From assembly GCA_964106645.2 (NCBI GenBank), contig OZ067046.1: a DNA stretch of 64,000 nt. One strand, given 5' to 3'. Below, piece after piece: positions 1-31,908 of the stretch (positions are counted from its first letter, which is position 1; each line of letters begins with the position of its first letter). The notes under the pieces were generated by a model that saw only the letters and a program-made list of their open reading frames with translations, ran no database searches and had not been told where the DNA came from. The stretch is from Podarcis pityusensis (Eukaryota). Both the position numbers and the translations under genes were made by a program.

Positions 1-44
1 TCCCAAATGGTTTTACCAACAGGTATTACAAACACACCTTAATA

Positions 45-280
45 CAGTGGTACCTCGCAAGATGAATGCCTCGCAAGACGAAAAACTCGCAGGACGAAAG
101 AGTTTTTCGTTTTTTGAGTTGCTTCGCAAGACAAATTTCCCTATGGGCTTGCTTCGCAAGACGAAAACGTCTTGCAAGTTTGTTTCCTTTTTCTGAAAAC
201 CGTTAATACCCAGGGTGCAATGCCTCGCAAGACGAAAAAACTCGCAGAACGAATTAATTTCGTCTTGCGAGGTACCACTG
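45..280. mobile_element. Tc1/mariner (Tigger/pogo-like) MITE
   Basis: TIR CAGTGGTACCTCGCAAGAYGAA (21/22 match), TA at 43-44 and 281-282, repeated internal TCGCAAGACGAAAA motifs. Confidence 0.9.
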
Positions 281-849
281 TACAAGACCCTAAAGCTGAT
301 GCGTCCTTAGTATTTTATCATGCCTTTTACAATAACCCTAAATCATTACTAGATGGCCCTTCCTTTTGTCTGCCTGCAGTTAGTAAAATGTCCATTAGTT
401 TGGCAAATTTTGTAAGATATTGTGAATAACTTAAGACATTTATATCCTATAATTTGTTGTCAGATTCATTGAACAAAATAACTAATCCAACTATGTAATC
501 TCTAAACCATCAAATGCAGCCACTGCAGTAAAGGAGCTTGGAATCATTACCACCAAATGCTTTGGTAAAAGGGTTGTGCGAAGCATGTTTTCTAATGCTG
601 TAACCACTGGGACGAGGAAGCTAGACTGCATGGTTTCTTATTTGTGTGAAGCAGGACCATGTGGTTCAGGCTGTTCTGTTCTATGTCAGGTAACCCTTTA
701 CCTTTGCCCACATTTTTGAAACAATATTTGGCACTGGTCAGCATCTGACAGACTCAAATTGCTGTAAGTTTTCCATGACAACTAAATACAGCAACCATCT
801 CAGTTTGCCAGTGAGTATATAAACACTAAAAAACGTAGTTAAAGATTCA

Positions 850-1028
850 TTTATTCTACATGCAGCTTTTGTAAATTTCATGTATAAATCTTCTGCTGAG
901 CATTGCCTACAGCTAAGATAATGGGTTTAGACAAGGTCTGTTCACAGAAAATTCAAATATGCAGAATTTTATGCATGTTTACTCAAAAGCAAGTCAATTT
1001 TTATGAGACATTTTCACTAAGTTTTATT
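850..1028 (-). terminator. Candidate distal SMARCA5 polyA signals (AATAAA at 850-855 and 1023-1028)
   Basis: TTTATT on the plus strand in AU-rich, UTR-like sequence. Confidence 0.35.
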
Positions 1029-2203
1029 TTGCTTAATTGGTCAGATTTTTTAACAGTGCCTATTTTAGAAGTATTTGCTTTTTCATTCAGGAGGTACTTT
1101 GTGCCCTGATACTTGTTTGCATCACAAAAGAAACAAACATATATGCAATTAATTAAAAATTCCTTATTGACTTTACAACCCCCCAAAGCACATAACTGTA
1201 AATAGTGTTGTTAAGAAAAAAACCTAAGTGATAAAACTGAAATGGGAAAGCTGTCAATTGATAAATCTGCCTTCTACAGCCTAGAGAGCATACACAATAT
1301 GGTAGGGCTACAGGCTAGCCCTCCAAACATGGAAATTGAGTTTTACTATGGCAGCTGACCTCAGATACTTCATTTAGCCACTGTGGCCCAGTAGACTGCA
1401 GCAACCATTGACAAAGCCCGCAATCCTATACCTGTTTGTGTAAGATGTAAACCCCATTGAACTCAGGACTTACAGTACAATTCTCTAAGCTTGCTTGGAA
1501 GTAATTGATGCTATGCATTTTAAACTAAGGTACAGGGGCTGCTCCTCCTGCCTACCTGTTTCTTCCAGAGTGCAAGGGAGGGCAAAGCAAATTAATCCAG
1601 CAAGTCCCATCAACCCAGTCTCTGTATTGTTGAAACATCTGCTTCAGCATCCCAAGTTACTGAAAGGGACTAAAATGCAAGTATTCCTTCATTACCTCAC
1701 CTTCCTGTGTGACCTGTTACTGACCAGCTCCTTTCTTGCTGTTTAAGGAATCAGAGATATAAGCATTAAAACATGCATTTGACACTGTTGTATATTTCTG
1801 CAATATGCTTATGCTACTTGTTTTCCAGATATGAGCAAAGCCCATTCAGGCAAGCACTGAAACGTTATCATTGAATTGTCCTGTCGCTTATTCGTTCTTA
1901 TAATTGTGACCTTACACTTTTCATTGTGAAATTGCCAAAACGTTTTATAAAGGTTTTTTTCTTTCATACTTTTTTGTGTGAATTACTTGTCTCCTTACTA
2001 TTCTTACGCTATTCTTACCCCTGAAAATTAAGCTGGTCAGTTCAGTTCAAACTAAGTTAAGAAAGCCTAGTTTGTACAACAATCATGAAGCAATCAGTAC
2101 CAACCACTGCAAAAGATGTTTGCATGTAAGTGAATACAACAGAGCTCTCATGAACTGGACTTACCTTTGAGATTTTTCTTTGCCTATTTCTTACATCCAG
2201 TAT

Positions 2204-2449
2204 AGAAGAAGAAGAAGAAGAGTTTGGATTTGATATCCCGCTTTATCACTACCCGAAGGAGTCTCAAAGCGGCTAACAATCTCCTTTCCCTTCCTCCCCC
2301 ACAACAAACACTCTGTGAGGTGAGTGGGGCTGAGAGACTTCAAAGAAGTGTGACTGGCCCAAGGTCACCCAGCAGCTGCATGTGGAGGAGTGGAGACGCG
2401 AACCCGGATCCCCAGATTACGAGACTACCACTACACCACATTGGCTCTC
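2204..2449 (-). mobile_element. tRNA-derived SINE (Squam3-like) with (CTT)n tail
   Basis: Reverse strand reads GTGGTGTAGTGG..GGGTTCGCGTC..GGGTGACCTTGGGCCAGTCAC..; (GAA)n at 2204-2222. Confidence 0.8.
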
Positions 2450-2654
2450 TTTGAATAACTTACTCCACATTAACAATTAGTGGCAGCACCTCTAGGTTTA
2501 TCTCTGTCTCTGTTAAAATAGACAACTGTAAAAGCCGCTTTGTGTTGCTACTTCTGAACCCAACAAATCTTGAGCCATGAGTTTCAACACTATTCATGCA
2601 GAAAGAAAGGGACAACATATAAAAAAGTTAGTGACCAGTAAATGAAGCCTATTT

Positions 2655-2704
2655 TTTATTTCAAGTGTTAATGGTAAAAAAAAGTTCAGCACAGCTGTTT
2701 TATT
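2655..2704 (-). terminator. Candidate proximal SMARCA5 polyA signals (AATAAA at 2655-2660 and 2699-2704)
   Basis: TTTATT on the plus strand, 160-210 nt past the stop codon. Confidence 0.5.
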
Positions 2705-2863
2705 TAAAAAAGTGAAACTACATTACTATTCTTCTAGTTCAGTAAGTAAACACATGAACCCAATGTCCTTTAATGACATAATAGTTGAGAATTGTACAGT
2801 ACATCTTATGAAGACCCGTAAAATTAAAGAACTACTTTAAAGTTAGTGATAAGAACTTAGAAT

Positions 2864-23242
<20,379 letters not shown>

Positions 23243-24559
23243 AATGGATACCCCCGTCCACACACGGGCGGAGGGAGAAGAGGAGGCCTGGCTCGAAAAC
23301 TCCGCCGCTTATATATTGATATATGTCTATATGAGGACGGGTCTCGCCGCTAGTTTCGCTCCGCGCGACTCGGGCCGGTCCTTCTTCTTTTATTCTTCTT
23401 GTTCTTCTTCTTCTCCCACGGCCCCCTCTCGCCGCTGCCGCCCCGGCTTTCTCAGCGCTATCCCACCAACCAGGAACAGAGCCGGCTCTCGAGTCTCGCG
23501 AGACAGCCTCTCGAGGGCGGGGAGGCGGGGGAGAGGAAGGGGAGCCGAGACGCCGGCGCTCGCAGCACACGGACTCTGATTGGCTAAGAGAAGAGAGAGG
23601 AGGCGGCACGGGACGCTGCCTCCGCGATTATTTTGGCGTGAGGGCGGAGGAGGAGGGATTTGGGGCCTCGCGCGCGTGTGTGAGCGCGATTCCGGAATCA
23701 ACGAGGGAAGGGCGGGGACTGTGTGTGCGTCATTTGAGTAGCGGGGAGGGCACGGGTTCGTTCTTTTCGCGCGTTGGGAGCGGGGCGGAAGGCGGGATAA
23801 GCCTTGGACGCGCACATTGGGGACGTTTTCACACATGATGTTGAAGGCACGTGCCAGGATCTGTTTGAGTGCCTGCCATTTTTTTATTTTTATTTTTTAG
23901 TAAAATGCTTGTACAGTATTGCTTTATTTTATTTGCGAACCTCCGGCCTGCTGCTGTAGCGCATCTCTCAGATAACTAAAATACAGCAACTTGAGGATTA
24001 AAAGCAACAGTATAAAACAACGATCCGATGTGAAAGCGAAACGGGGACAGCAGATATATCACGTGCGCCACATTAAAAACATCCGCAAAAGAAAGCGAAA
24101 GCCTGCCAGAGTTTGTTCGTTTTTAAAGACAGGAAGCGTGGGGAAGCAATGCATTTCTTATTTCGATAAAGGGGGTTTTCAGCTTTTATGGGATTCCAGC
24201 TCCCTTCAGCCTGGCCAATGGTCATGGGTAAGGGAAACTGGAGTCCCAAAAAATCTGGGGAGCTGCTGCCTTAAAATAATATAATCCTGACCATACATTT
24301 AACTAGAGTTTGCAACATGAGATGCGATTTTGGGGTTTTATAAAATCGCATCCATTTTTTTGTTAGTCATGCAAAGGTGGGGAAAGCCGGACAAGCTGAA
24401 ATTCCCTTTTCTAAATTATCAAAGTTACAGATCACCTGTCCTTATTTGGGTCAAGTAGGCACCTTGCTAAAAGAAACAAAAAAGTAACAGCAATCTTACG
24501 ACCCACTTTAGAGAAAGAGGTGAACTACAGTGAGCCCCACATCACCAGTTAAAGACCAG

Positions 24560-24920
24560 TGCTTTAGACATTTGAAGCTGATCATTTCATGTGTTTTCCA
24601 ATGCATAGGAGCATAGAAAGCTGCAAAATTATCAAGAGGGCCGCTTCTGTTAACACCCAAGAGTCTCTGTAGGGAAAGAGGTGGCCTTTCAAATATTTGG
24701 GGCCTGAGCCATTTGGGGCACCTTGAAATGGACCTGGAAATAAACTGGGAACTAGTGTAGCTGTTTTAAAGCAGCTTATATGAAATCTAAATAGGATCCC
24801 AGCCAGTAATATGGCCACTGCATTTTGGATCAGTTGGAAGTTTCCAAGTTGTCTTCAAGGGTAGCCCGCTATAGAGCACATTGCAACTATCCAGTCTCGA
24901 AGTTACCAAAAGATGGAGTA
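24560..24920 (-). mobile_element. Degenerate L2-like LINE 3' fragment
   Basis: Resembles the copies at 26366-26730 and 35500-36170 (GPKYLK peptide; ATCCAGTCTCGAAGTTACCA). Confidence 0.6.
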
Positions 24921-25640
24921 TAGCTGTTGGGGTCTGCTAATCAGGCCCAAGCTGCCTTGGTCTCCCATAATCACTCGTATATTCAGCTGAGTGCGATGGC
25001 GAAACCGCCCCAAATAGCCTTTGTTCATACTTTTTATAAGCATCCCCCCTTCCTTTCCCCCTTTCGAGGTTCCTTGCGCTGATCAAAACAGGACACCCTG
25101 CCTGGAGACCTTGAAGGGGAGAGATGCCTGGCAGAGGGAGGTTTTCCTGAAAATCGCCTAGCAACGTTATCTGGTCTTCACATATTTGTGGCTCACCCTC
25201 CTAAATTCTAAAGCAGGCAGTTTTTTACAGAAGCAAAATGGCAATCAGTTAGGGGAACAAAAAAACAGGACAAGAACAGGCCTCTGTGGCTTTTCCTTAG
25301 TCCCCATATAGCAGCCAAGTAATTTCTGTCCAAAATAGGCTGCAGCTGGCAGACCAGTTGGAGCTGGGAAAAGGCATTCCTAGCCATTAATGCCACCTGA
25401 GCCTCCAGGGACAGTGCTGAATCCAAGAGCAGCCCAAGTAGTGGATTTGTACCCACCTCCCAGGCATGAGAACTTGGGATACATAAGATCTCTTGTCTTT
25501 TCAGGATTCAGCTTCTGTTTACTTACCTACATCCAACCCGTCTCTGCTTCCAAGCACTGGTCTAACACCTCTAAATACTGCTGTTTTCTCTATGGCAGTT
25601 GTAAAGCCTACATTGGCTAGAATACACAGTCACAGAAATA

Positions 25641-26018
25641 CAGTCACTTCAAGTTTCTCTATTTTCCAGGGATGTCCTTGATTTAGAGAAGGCGCCACGG
25701 TTTCTGATTTGATCCCGGAATGTCCGTTTTTAGATTGGAGAAATATTGGAGGGTATGGTAGGATGTCCCTATTTGCACTGGAGAAATGTTGGAGGGTATA
25801 GAGTTATCCAACCCCCAAGCCGTCTGAAGGCAATCCTGTACTGTATAAGAAAGGTTTTTTAAAAAATGTTTAATGTTTTATTATGTTTTTACATATGTTG
25901 GAAGCTGCCCAGAATGATGGGGCAACCCAATAAGATATAAATGTGGGATATAAATAGTAAAATTATCATTACGGAATGGGATGTCCCTATTTTCATTGGA
26001 GAAATGTTGGACGGTATG
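25641..26018 (+). mobile_element. Non-autonomous DNA element with repeated GTCCCTATTT..GGAGAAATGTTGGAGGGTATG motifs, carrying an L2-type tail
   Basis: Motif occurs three times; shares an approximately 85-bp end with 27790-27878 in reverse orientation. Confidence 0.6.
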
Positions 26019-26039
26019 GAAATGTTCACCACTATAATA

Positions 26040-26317
26040 AAAATAAAAATAAATTTATTTATACCCCACCCATCTGGCTGGGTTTTCCCAGCCACTCTGG
26101 GCAGCTTCCAACAAACGATTAAAAATACCTTAAAACATCAGTCATTAAAAGCTTCCCTAAACAGGGCTGCCTTCAGATGTCTTCTTAAGGCAGCCCTGTT
26201 CAGGGAAGTTTTTAATGTGTGATATTTAGTGTATTTTTGGTTTATATGGAAGCCGCCCAGAGTGGCTGTGGAAGCCCAGCCGGATGGGTGGGGTACGAAT
26301 AATAAATAATAATAATA

Positions 26318-26361
<44 letters not shown>

Positions 26362-26730
26362 CTTCTAAATGTCAGATAATTGTTAATTTCTTTGACATCT
26401 GATGTGAGGGTGTCTCACAGGGTGGGTGCCACTACCAAGAAGGCCCTCTGCCTGGTTCCCTGTAACTTTGCTTCTCGCAGTGAGGGAACTGCCAGAAGGC
26501 CCTCGGCTGGACCCCAGTGTCCGGGTTGAACGATGGGGGTGGAGACGCTCCTTCAGGTATACTGGACCGAGGCCGTTTTGGGCTTTAAAGGTCAGCACCA
26601 ACACTTTGAATTGTGCTCAGAAACATACTGGGAGCCAATGTAGGTCTTTCAAGACCGGTGTTAAGTGGTCTCGGCGGCCGCTCCCAGTCACCCATCTAGC
26701 TGCCGCATTCTGGATTAGTTGTAGTTTCTG
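26040..26730 (-). mobile_element. L2-like LINE 3' portion interrupted by an antiparallel short L2 tail (26187-26360)
   Basis: Peptide LVLTFKAQNGLGPVYLKERL; tail ATACCCCACCCATCTGGCTGGG; (AAT)n(ATT)n at 26299-26360. Confidence 0.8.
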
Positions 26731-27319
26731 AGTCTCTTTCCCATATTAACAAAAATCACCTGCTGCGCCAGCTTGAGGTTTTTTGGGGGGGTCATTGGGC
26801 AAAATTCCCCAGTGGCTTCTCTCCTCCCTGTGATCACCCACTAATTCTCCCTCTGCTTTTGGGCCTAGTCTCCATCACAGCTCAGAGAGAGAAAGATCAA
26901 ATGAGCAAGCTGCCATTCTGTTTGCTTACATTGTTTGCTGGTGCTCTCCCACTGGGCCAGAGACAGAGAAGGTGAGCAGGTCACATCTCACCTCCCAGAT
27001 ATGAGAACTTGGGACACAAAACACCTTTGTCGTTTTAGGATTCAGCTTCAACTTCTTGGTCCACATCTAGCCCACTACTGCCAATAAGCAATACACCTCA
27101 ACCACCTCTCTTAATTCATATGGACAGAGAGATAGACTTTGGTATCATCCACATATTGATGACACTTCAGATCCTCTGATGACAGCTGTTACTAGCTTCA
27201 TATAGTTGTTAATTTCACTTCCTGCACTTCCCCCCCCCTACCCATCCCTTCAAATGATACACATGCATGCACCCCCTACTCTAGCTCCAACATTTCTTTG
27301 TTGGAAAAGAATATCCTAC

Positions 27320-27878
27320 TATACCCCACAACATTTCTCTGATGAAAATAGGGACTGGCCACATCCCCAATGCAAATCCATTCTTTCTCTTTGCAACAGT
27401 AGGTATTTTGTATTATGTCCACCTAACTGTGTTCTTAGGGACGTGGGTGGCGCTGTGCATTAAACCACAGAGCCTAGGACTTGCTGGTCAGAAGGTTGGC
27501 AGTTCAAATCCCCGCGACGGGGTGAGCTCCCGTTGCTCAGTCCCTGCTCCTACCAACCTAGCAGTTCGAAAGCACATCAAAGTGCAAGTAAATAAATAGG
27601 TACCACTCCGGCGGGAAGGTAAACGTTGTTTCCGTGTGCTGCTCTGGTTTGCCAGAAGCGGCTTAAGTCATGCTTGCCACATGACCCGGAAGCTGTACGC
27701 CGGCTCCCTCGGCCAATAAAGCGAGATGAGCCCCAGAGTCAGTCACAACTGGACCTAACGGTCAGGGGTCCCTTTACCTTTAAGGTAAAGTGGGACATTC
27801 CAGGATCAAATCAGAAACCAGGACGGCTTCTCTAAATCAGAGCATGTCCCTGGAAAATAGGGACACTTGGAAGGTCTG
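27320..27878 (-). mobile_element. Second, inverted member of the 25641-26018 family, host of a Sauria SINE
   Basis: Starts ATACCCCACAACATTTCTCTGATGAAAATAGGGAC; ends GGAAAATAGGGACACTTGGAAGGTCTG. Confidence 0.6.
27438..27782 (+). mobile_element. Sauria SINE, full length
   Basis: GGGACGTGGGTGGCGCTGTG head, GTTCAAATCC B-box, CCAACCTAGCAGTTCGAAAGC core, (CCTTTA)n tail. Confidence 0.9.
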
Positions 27879-29786
27879 CCCTACATGCACAACCCCCATT
27901 TTCCCTTATCACCATTTGCATTGCTGGGTGTGAATGGAGATAAATTGCAATGTTAACTGCAGTGTGGAACCATTGCTTTAATTCCACTTAGAGCTTAAAA
28001 TGGAAGAGAGAATATTTAGTAATGCTGAGAAAACCTAGGCTGTGCACACACTCCCTTTTACTCTGCATCCTGTGTGCTCCCACTGCTGCTTTGAGAAGTG
28101 GTGTACACATAACTTTAGTGACAAGCCAGATCTATCCTGTTGTTTCTAATGAAATACTGTATTTTGACACATTTCCCCCAAACCAGCTTCGATAAAAAGA
28201 AAGACCAGCTGCCTTTTAAGATGGTAACATGTAGGCAGCCTTTGGCTTTGTATACACCATTCATTTAAATCACATTATTCCCTTCAAAAACCATTTCCTC
28301 GAAAGCATAGTTTACCTTTCACAGTACCACAACTCCCAGCACATTTAACAAACTACAGTTCCCAGGATTCTTTGGAGGAAGTCATGTGCTTTAAATGTAT
28401 GGTGTGTTCACAGTCTTAGGGTAGAACCAACCTAAATTAGAATTGATGTCAGCAACTTTCAACAAAGTGTTGGTCACAGCAGGCCTCCAAGGATTCTTTC
28501 TTGGTTCAGATATGATAAGCTCCTAACCACTCAAAAAAGCTTTGCTGGCTGGCGCTGCGCTGACTCTGTGGTGGCAGAGAAGTAAGATTCATTTGCTGCC
28601 ATCCTCGCAACAGAGTAGCCTCCAAAATTAGCTGCATCCTGTGAGGCAGATGTTCACTATGCTGGAAAATAAAATAAGTTTTAAAAGTAATTGCTTTTGC
28701 CAAACATATCAAACTGTACTTTCAAGTTAAATAATCTTAATTACATTCAGTAAGTCATGGGAAATCAAAGAATGACCTAGAGAGAAATTGAAGACTCTGA
28801 AGTAAAACTTAATAAGCAACTTGCAGACTGTGAATACTACAGAAACAGAATCCAAGGTCAGCGAGCATCAGAAGGTAATTGAGAAAGATGTCAAAACAAC
28901 TCAGGTATCTCCAACTCCCTTGTTAGCCCTGCTGGGAATAATAGATGAATCAAATCAACATTTATCTCCTCAGGAGATGCTGACATTTTTGCTGGTAGTT
29001 GTTCATTTAGAAATAGCTAAAGGTTGGCATTCTGCAATAGAATCATAGTACGCTCAGATGTGGTCCACTGCCTTGGCTGAGAAATTGATGTGCCGGATCA
29101 GAGTGACCAGAGGCAAGATGAGTCCTTTATCCTTCTACATCACTGCCCAGACCCATCAAAACATCTGGAGAGACCTGCTGGATTCGAGTCTCTAATAGAC
29201 ATTATAAATGGGTTCTAACTGTTACTCCTTTTTTCCAGTAAATGACAGACTAGCTGCTATTGCTTATTGTATTTTAAATTATGTTTGTTACATGTGAAAA
29301 AGCAACAGAATACTTTTAAAAGCAGGTGTTTTTGCTGTGGTTTTGTTGTTGAAGTCTTGCAAAGAGTGGTTTATTTGGGAATTTGAGTTTGATATAATAG
29401 GCAGGGTGGGCTTGGCTACTGGATGGTTCCTTCCTTAACTTAGATTTTTATACTGCGGCAGTCAGGAATGTGCTATTTTAACTTTTACTCTGGCTCAAAG
29501 TAGTCTAATGGGCTGCTTAATCCTGACGACATCCCACCCCCTGCCAACCCACTTTACCCGTGCCTCCCACACTTCCCTCGGCCCTGCCAAATCATTGCAG
29601 TTTGTAGAAATCATCCAGCCATAATTGAGGCCAGCAACCTGTTCTATGCCACCACTGGTTGAATACCTATGCCTTCAAATCTAGTTAGGGAAGGGATATT
29701 TGCACACCTGTTAAAATTCTTTCAGGTTCAGAAATTTGCAAGAGGCTTGGTTAATCAAGGGCCTTGCAAGTTTTTGTACCTAAAAG

Positions 29787-30090
29787 CGTTGTTGTTGTTG
29801 TTTAGTCATGTCTGACTCTTCGTGACCCCATGGACAAGAGCACGCCAGGCACTCCTGTCTTCCACTGCCTCCCACAGTTTGGTCAAACTCATGCTGGTAG
29901 CTTCGAGAACACTCCAACCATCTCGTCCTCTGTCGTCCCCTTCTCCTTGTGCCCTCCATCTTTCCCAACATCAGGGTCTTTTCCAGGGAGTCTTCTCTTC
30001 TCATGAGGTGGCCAACGTACTGGAGCCTCAGCTTCACAATCTGTCCTTCCAGTGAGCACTCAGGGCTGATTTCCTTAAGAATGGATAGGT
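29787..30090 (-). mobile_element. BovB/RTE LINE 3' end
   Basis: KLRLQYVGHLMRREDSLEKTLMLGKMEGTRRRGRQRTRW C-terminus and (CAA)n tail. Confidence 0.9.
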
Positions 30091-31078
30091 CATACTAGCC
30101 AGTTAACCCTCAAGGAAGCATGAAGCCTAACTTTTGTGATGGGCTGAACCCTCTTGGAAGATCTCATAGCCTATACATTATGTTTCATTGGCTAAATTGC
30201 TGATATTTATCCATTTCAAGAATGGATGATCCACAAAGGAGAGGAGATACTGGTGGACATGGGAGCCAACTCCTAGGGGCCGTGGAGGCTTTTGCCCCCA
30301 CAATAGAATATTTGAGGGGATTGGGTCCCCACAAAGTTGATGGGCATTCCCATTCAAATGGAGTGTGTGTACTGTGTCATGTGTGTCACAAACATGAAAA
30401 GTGTGGAAAGCTCTGATCTACAGGGATGTTGGAGGAGGCCTCCTTCCACTGCTATACACAAGAGGGAGCTCACCACCAATCATGGCTCTGTGGATGTATT
30501 TGGAACATCTCTTCAGGGACCGACTGAAGTAAGAACTAAATAGTAGACTGTTAGGTCTTGCCAAGAGAAATTACTAGGATCCCATATTTCAACAACAATG
30601 TCACAGATCCAAATGTGTAGTATTTGCAAATCTAATTCGTTTTGATCTATGTTCTTGGCTTTACATAATCTGCTACCCATTTTCTCCATTTTGAGAGCAG
30701 CCACCAGGCTAGCCATGTAACATATTCAGTTTCATCGGTAAAGTTGTAAACAACTGGTTGGCTCAATGAAGTATATAATCTGATATAATTACTATTTCTG
30801 TTTTGCTACCTCCTTATAAGACAGCTTGATAAATGCTAACTAGAACACGCTACTGTAATACAATGGGCAGTAGTGGTGTGGCTTAGCAAAAACAAGCAAG
30901 TATGCAGGTCCCCAGGGAGAAAATCACAGCCACTTTGCTGCTTCTCTCTGTCCTGCTGCTACCATGCTAACCCATTGCTTGGTTTAGTGTTACATGTATT
31001 ATAGGTTCTGAATTTGCAGAATATTAAAAAGAACTCTCATTGCATTTACCTAACTAAGGGCTTGTCCATACCTTGATT

Positions 31079-31233
31079 CATAGCTGTCAACCTTACTTTT
31101 TTTTGTGGGAAATTCCCTTATTCCAGCGCCGTTTCCCGCTGCTATCCCGGATTGTTAGATATCCCGTAGACTGTGCCCGGGACAGGTGAGGCTGCTGATC
31201 CCTTATTTTCAAATCTGAAAGTTGACAGCTATG
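31079..31233. mobile_element. Young hAT MITE (155 bp)
   Basis: Perfect 13-bp TIR CATAGCTGTCAAC; perfect 8-bp TSD CCTTGATT at 31071-31078 and 31234-31241. Confidence 0.92.
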
Positions 31234-31863
31234 CCTTGATTTGATGTGGACTGTGAAGCCCTACACTTTGAAAATCTGAATAGGAAAGCTACATTAACTG
31301 CATAGGGAATCCTCAGATTTTGGGAGGATAAAGTGTGGGATGGCAGTAGACGGAGAACACTGCATGGATGGGGGGTAGGAGTGGATGGATTCAAGAAGAA
31401 ATAAAGGCTTCACAATCCATATTAAGCCAAGGTATGGGCAAGCCTTGTTTTAAAAATGTGCTCTCCCTGGCAGCAAAACGGAAGTGCTGCTGTTGTTTCT
31501 GCAATTCAATCTTTCCTTCTCCCCTTGGTTATCTCATACGCACCTAATCAGTAAGAAAAACGAGGTGGTGGCCTATCCAAGTGATGAATGGGCTTGTCTT
31601 TTTAAAGCTGTAAAGATTGCTGAGAAAATAGAGACAAAGTAGATAGTGTTCAAACAGAAAATAATGCAAGCAGGACAAGAAGACTGGATAAAATGCTGCC
31701 ATGGTTGCTATCATCTTTTTGAGATGGTTCACAACTTCTAGGCTGGGTTAATAGTCTACATTCAAAGGCACCGGAAATTGGCAACTCAAGAGCTTTGTAA
31801 ATACATTGCTGTTTTGTGAGTTTCAGACAACAACTGCACACGTATTAACCAGAACAACTTGAA

Positions 31864-31908
31864 TTTATTTAAAATTCATCTCAGAATGAAACATGTTTAG
31901 TTTTTATT
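31864..31908 (-). terminator. Candidate GAB1 polyA signals (AATAAA at 31864-31869 and 31903-31908)
   Basis: End of about 1.7 kb of AU-rich, largely repeat-free sequence after the stop codon. Confidence 0.5.

Noticed and set aside
45-280. Repeated TCGCAAGACGAAAA units resembling a CRISPR-like array
   Set aside because: Irregular spacing, both orientations, and enclosed by TIRs and TA: these are MITE subterminal repeats in a eukaryote
25455-27170. Diverged direct repeat at about 25455-25580 and 26990-27110, possible LTR pair
   Set aside because: The second copy continues into a minus-strand RT motif remnant (HQYVDDTK, about 27135-27165), so both look like LINE fragments; no TG..CA ends or primer-binding site
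27438-27520. tRNA-like A/B boxes here and at other SINE heads
   Set aside because: They continue into SINE bodies and do not form complete cloverleafs; not tRNA genes
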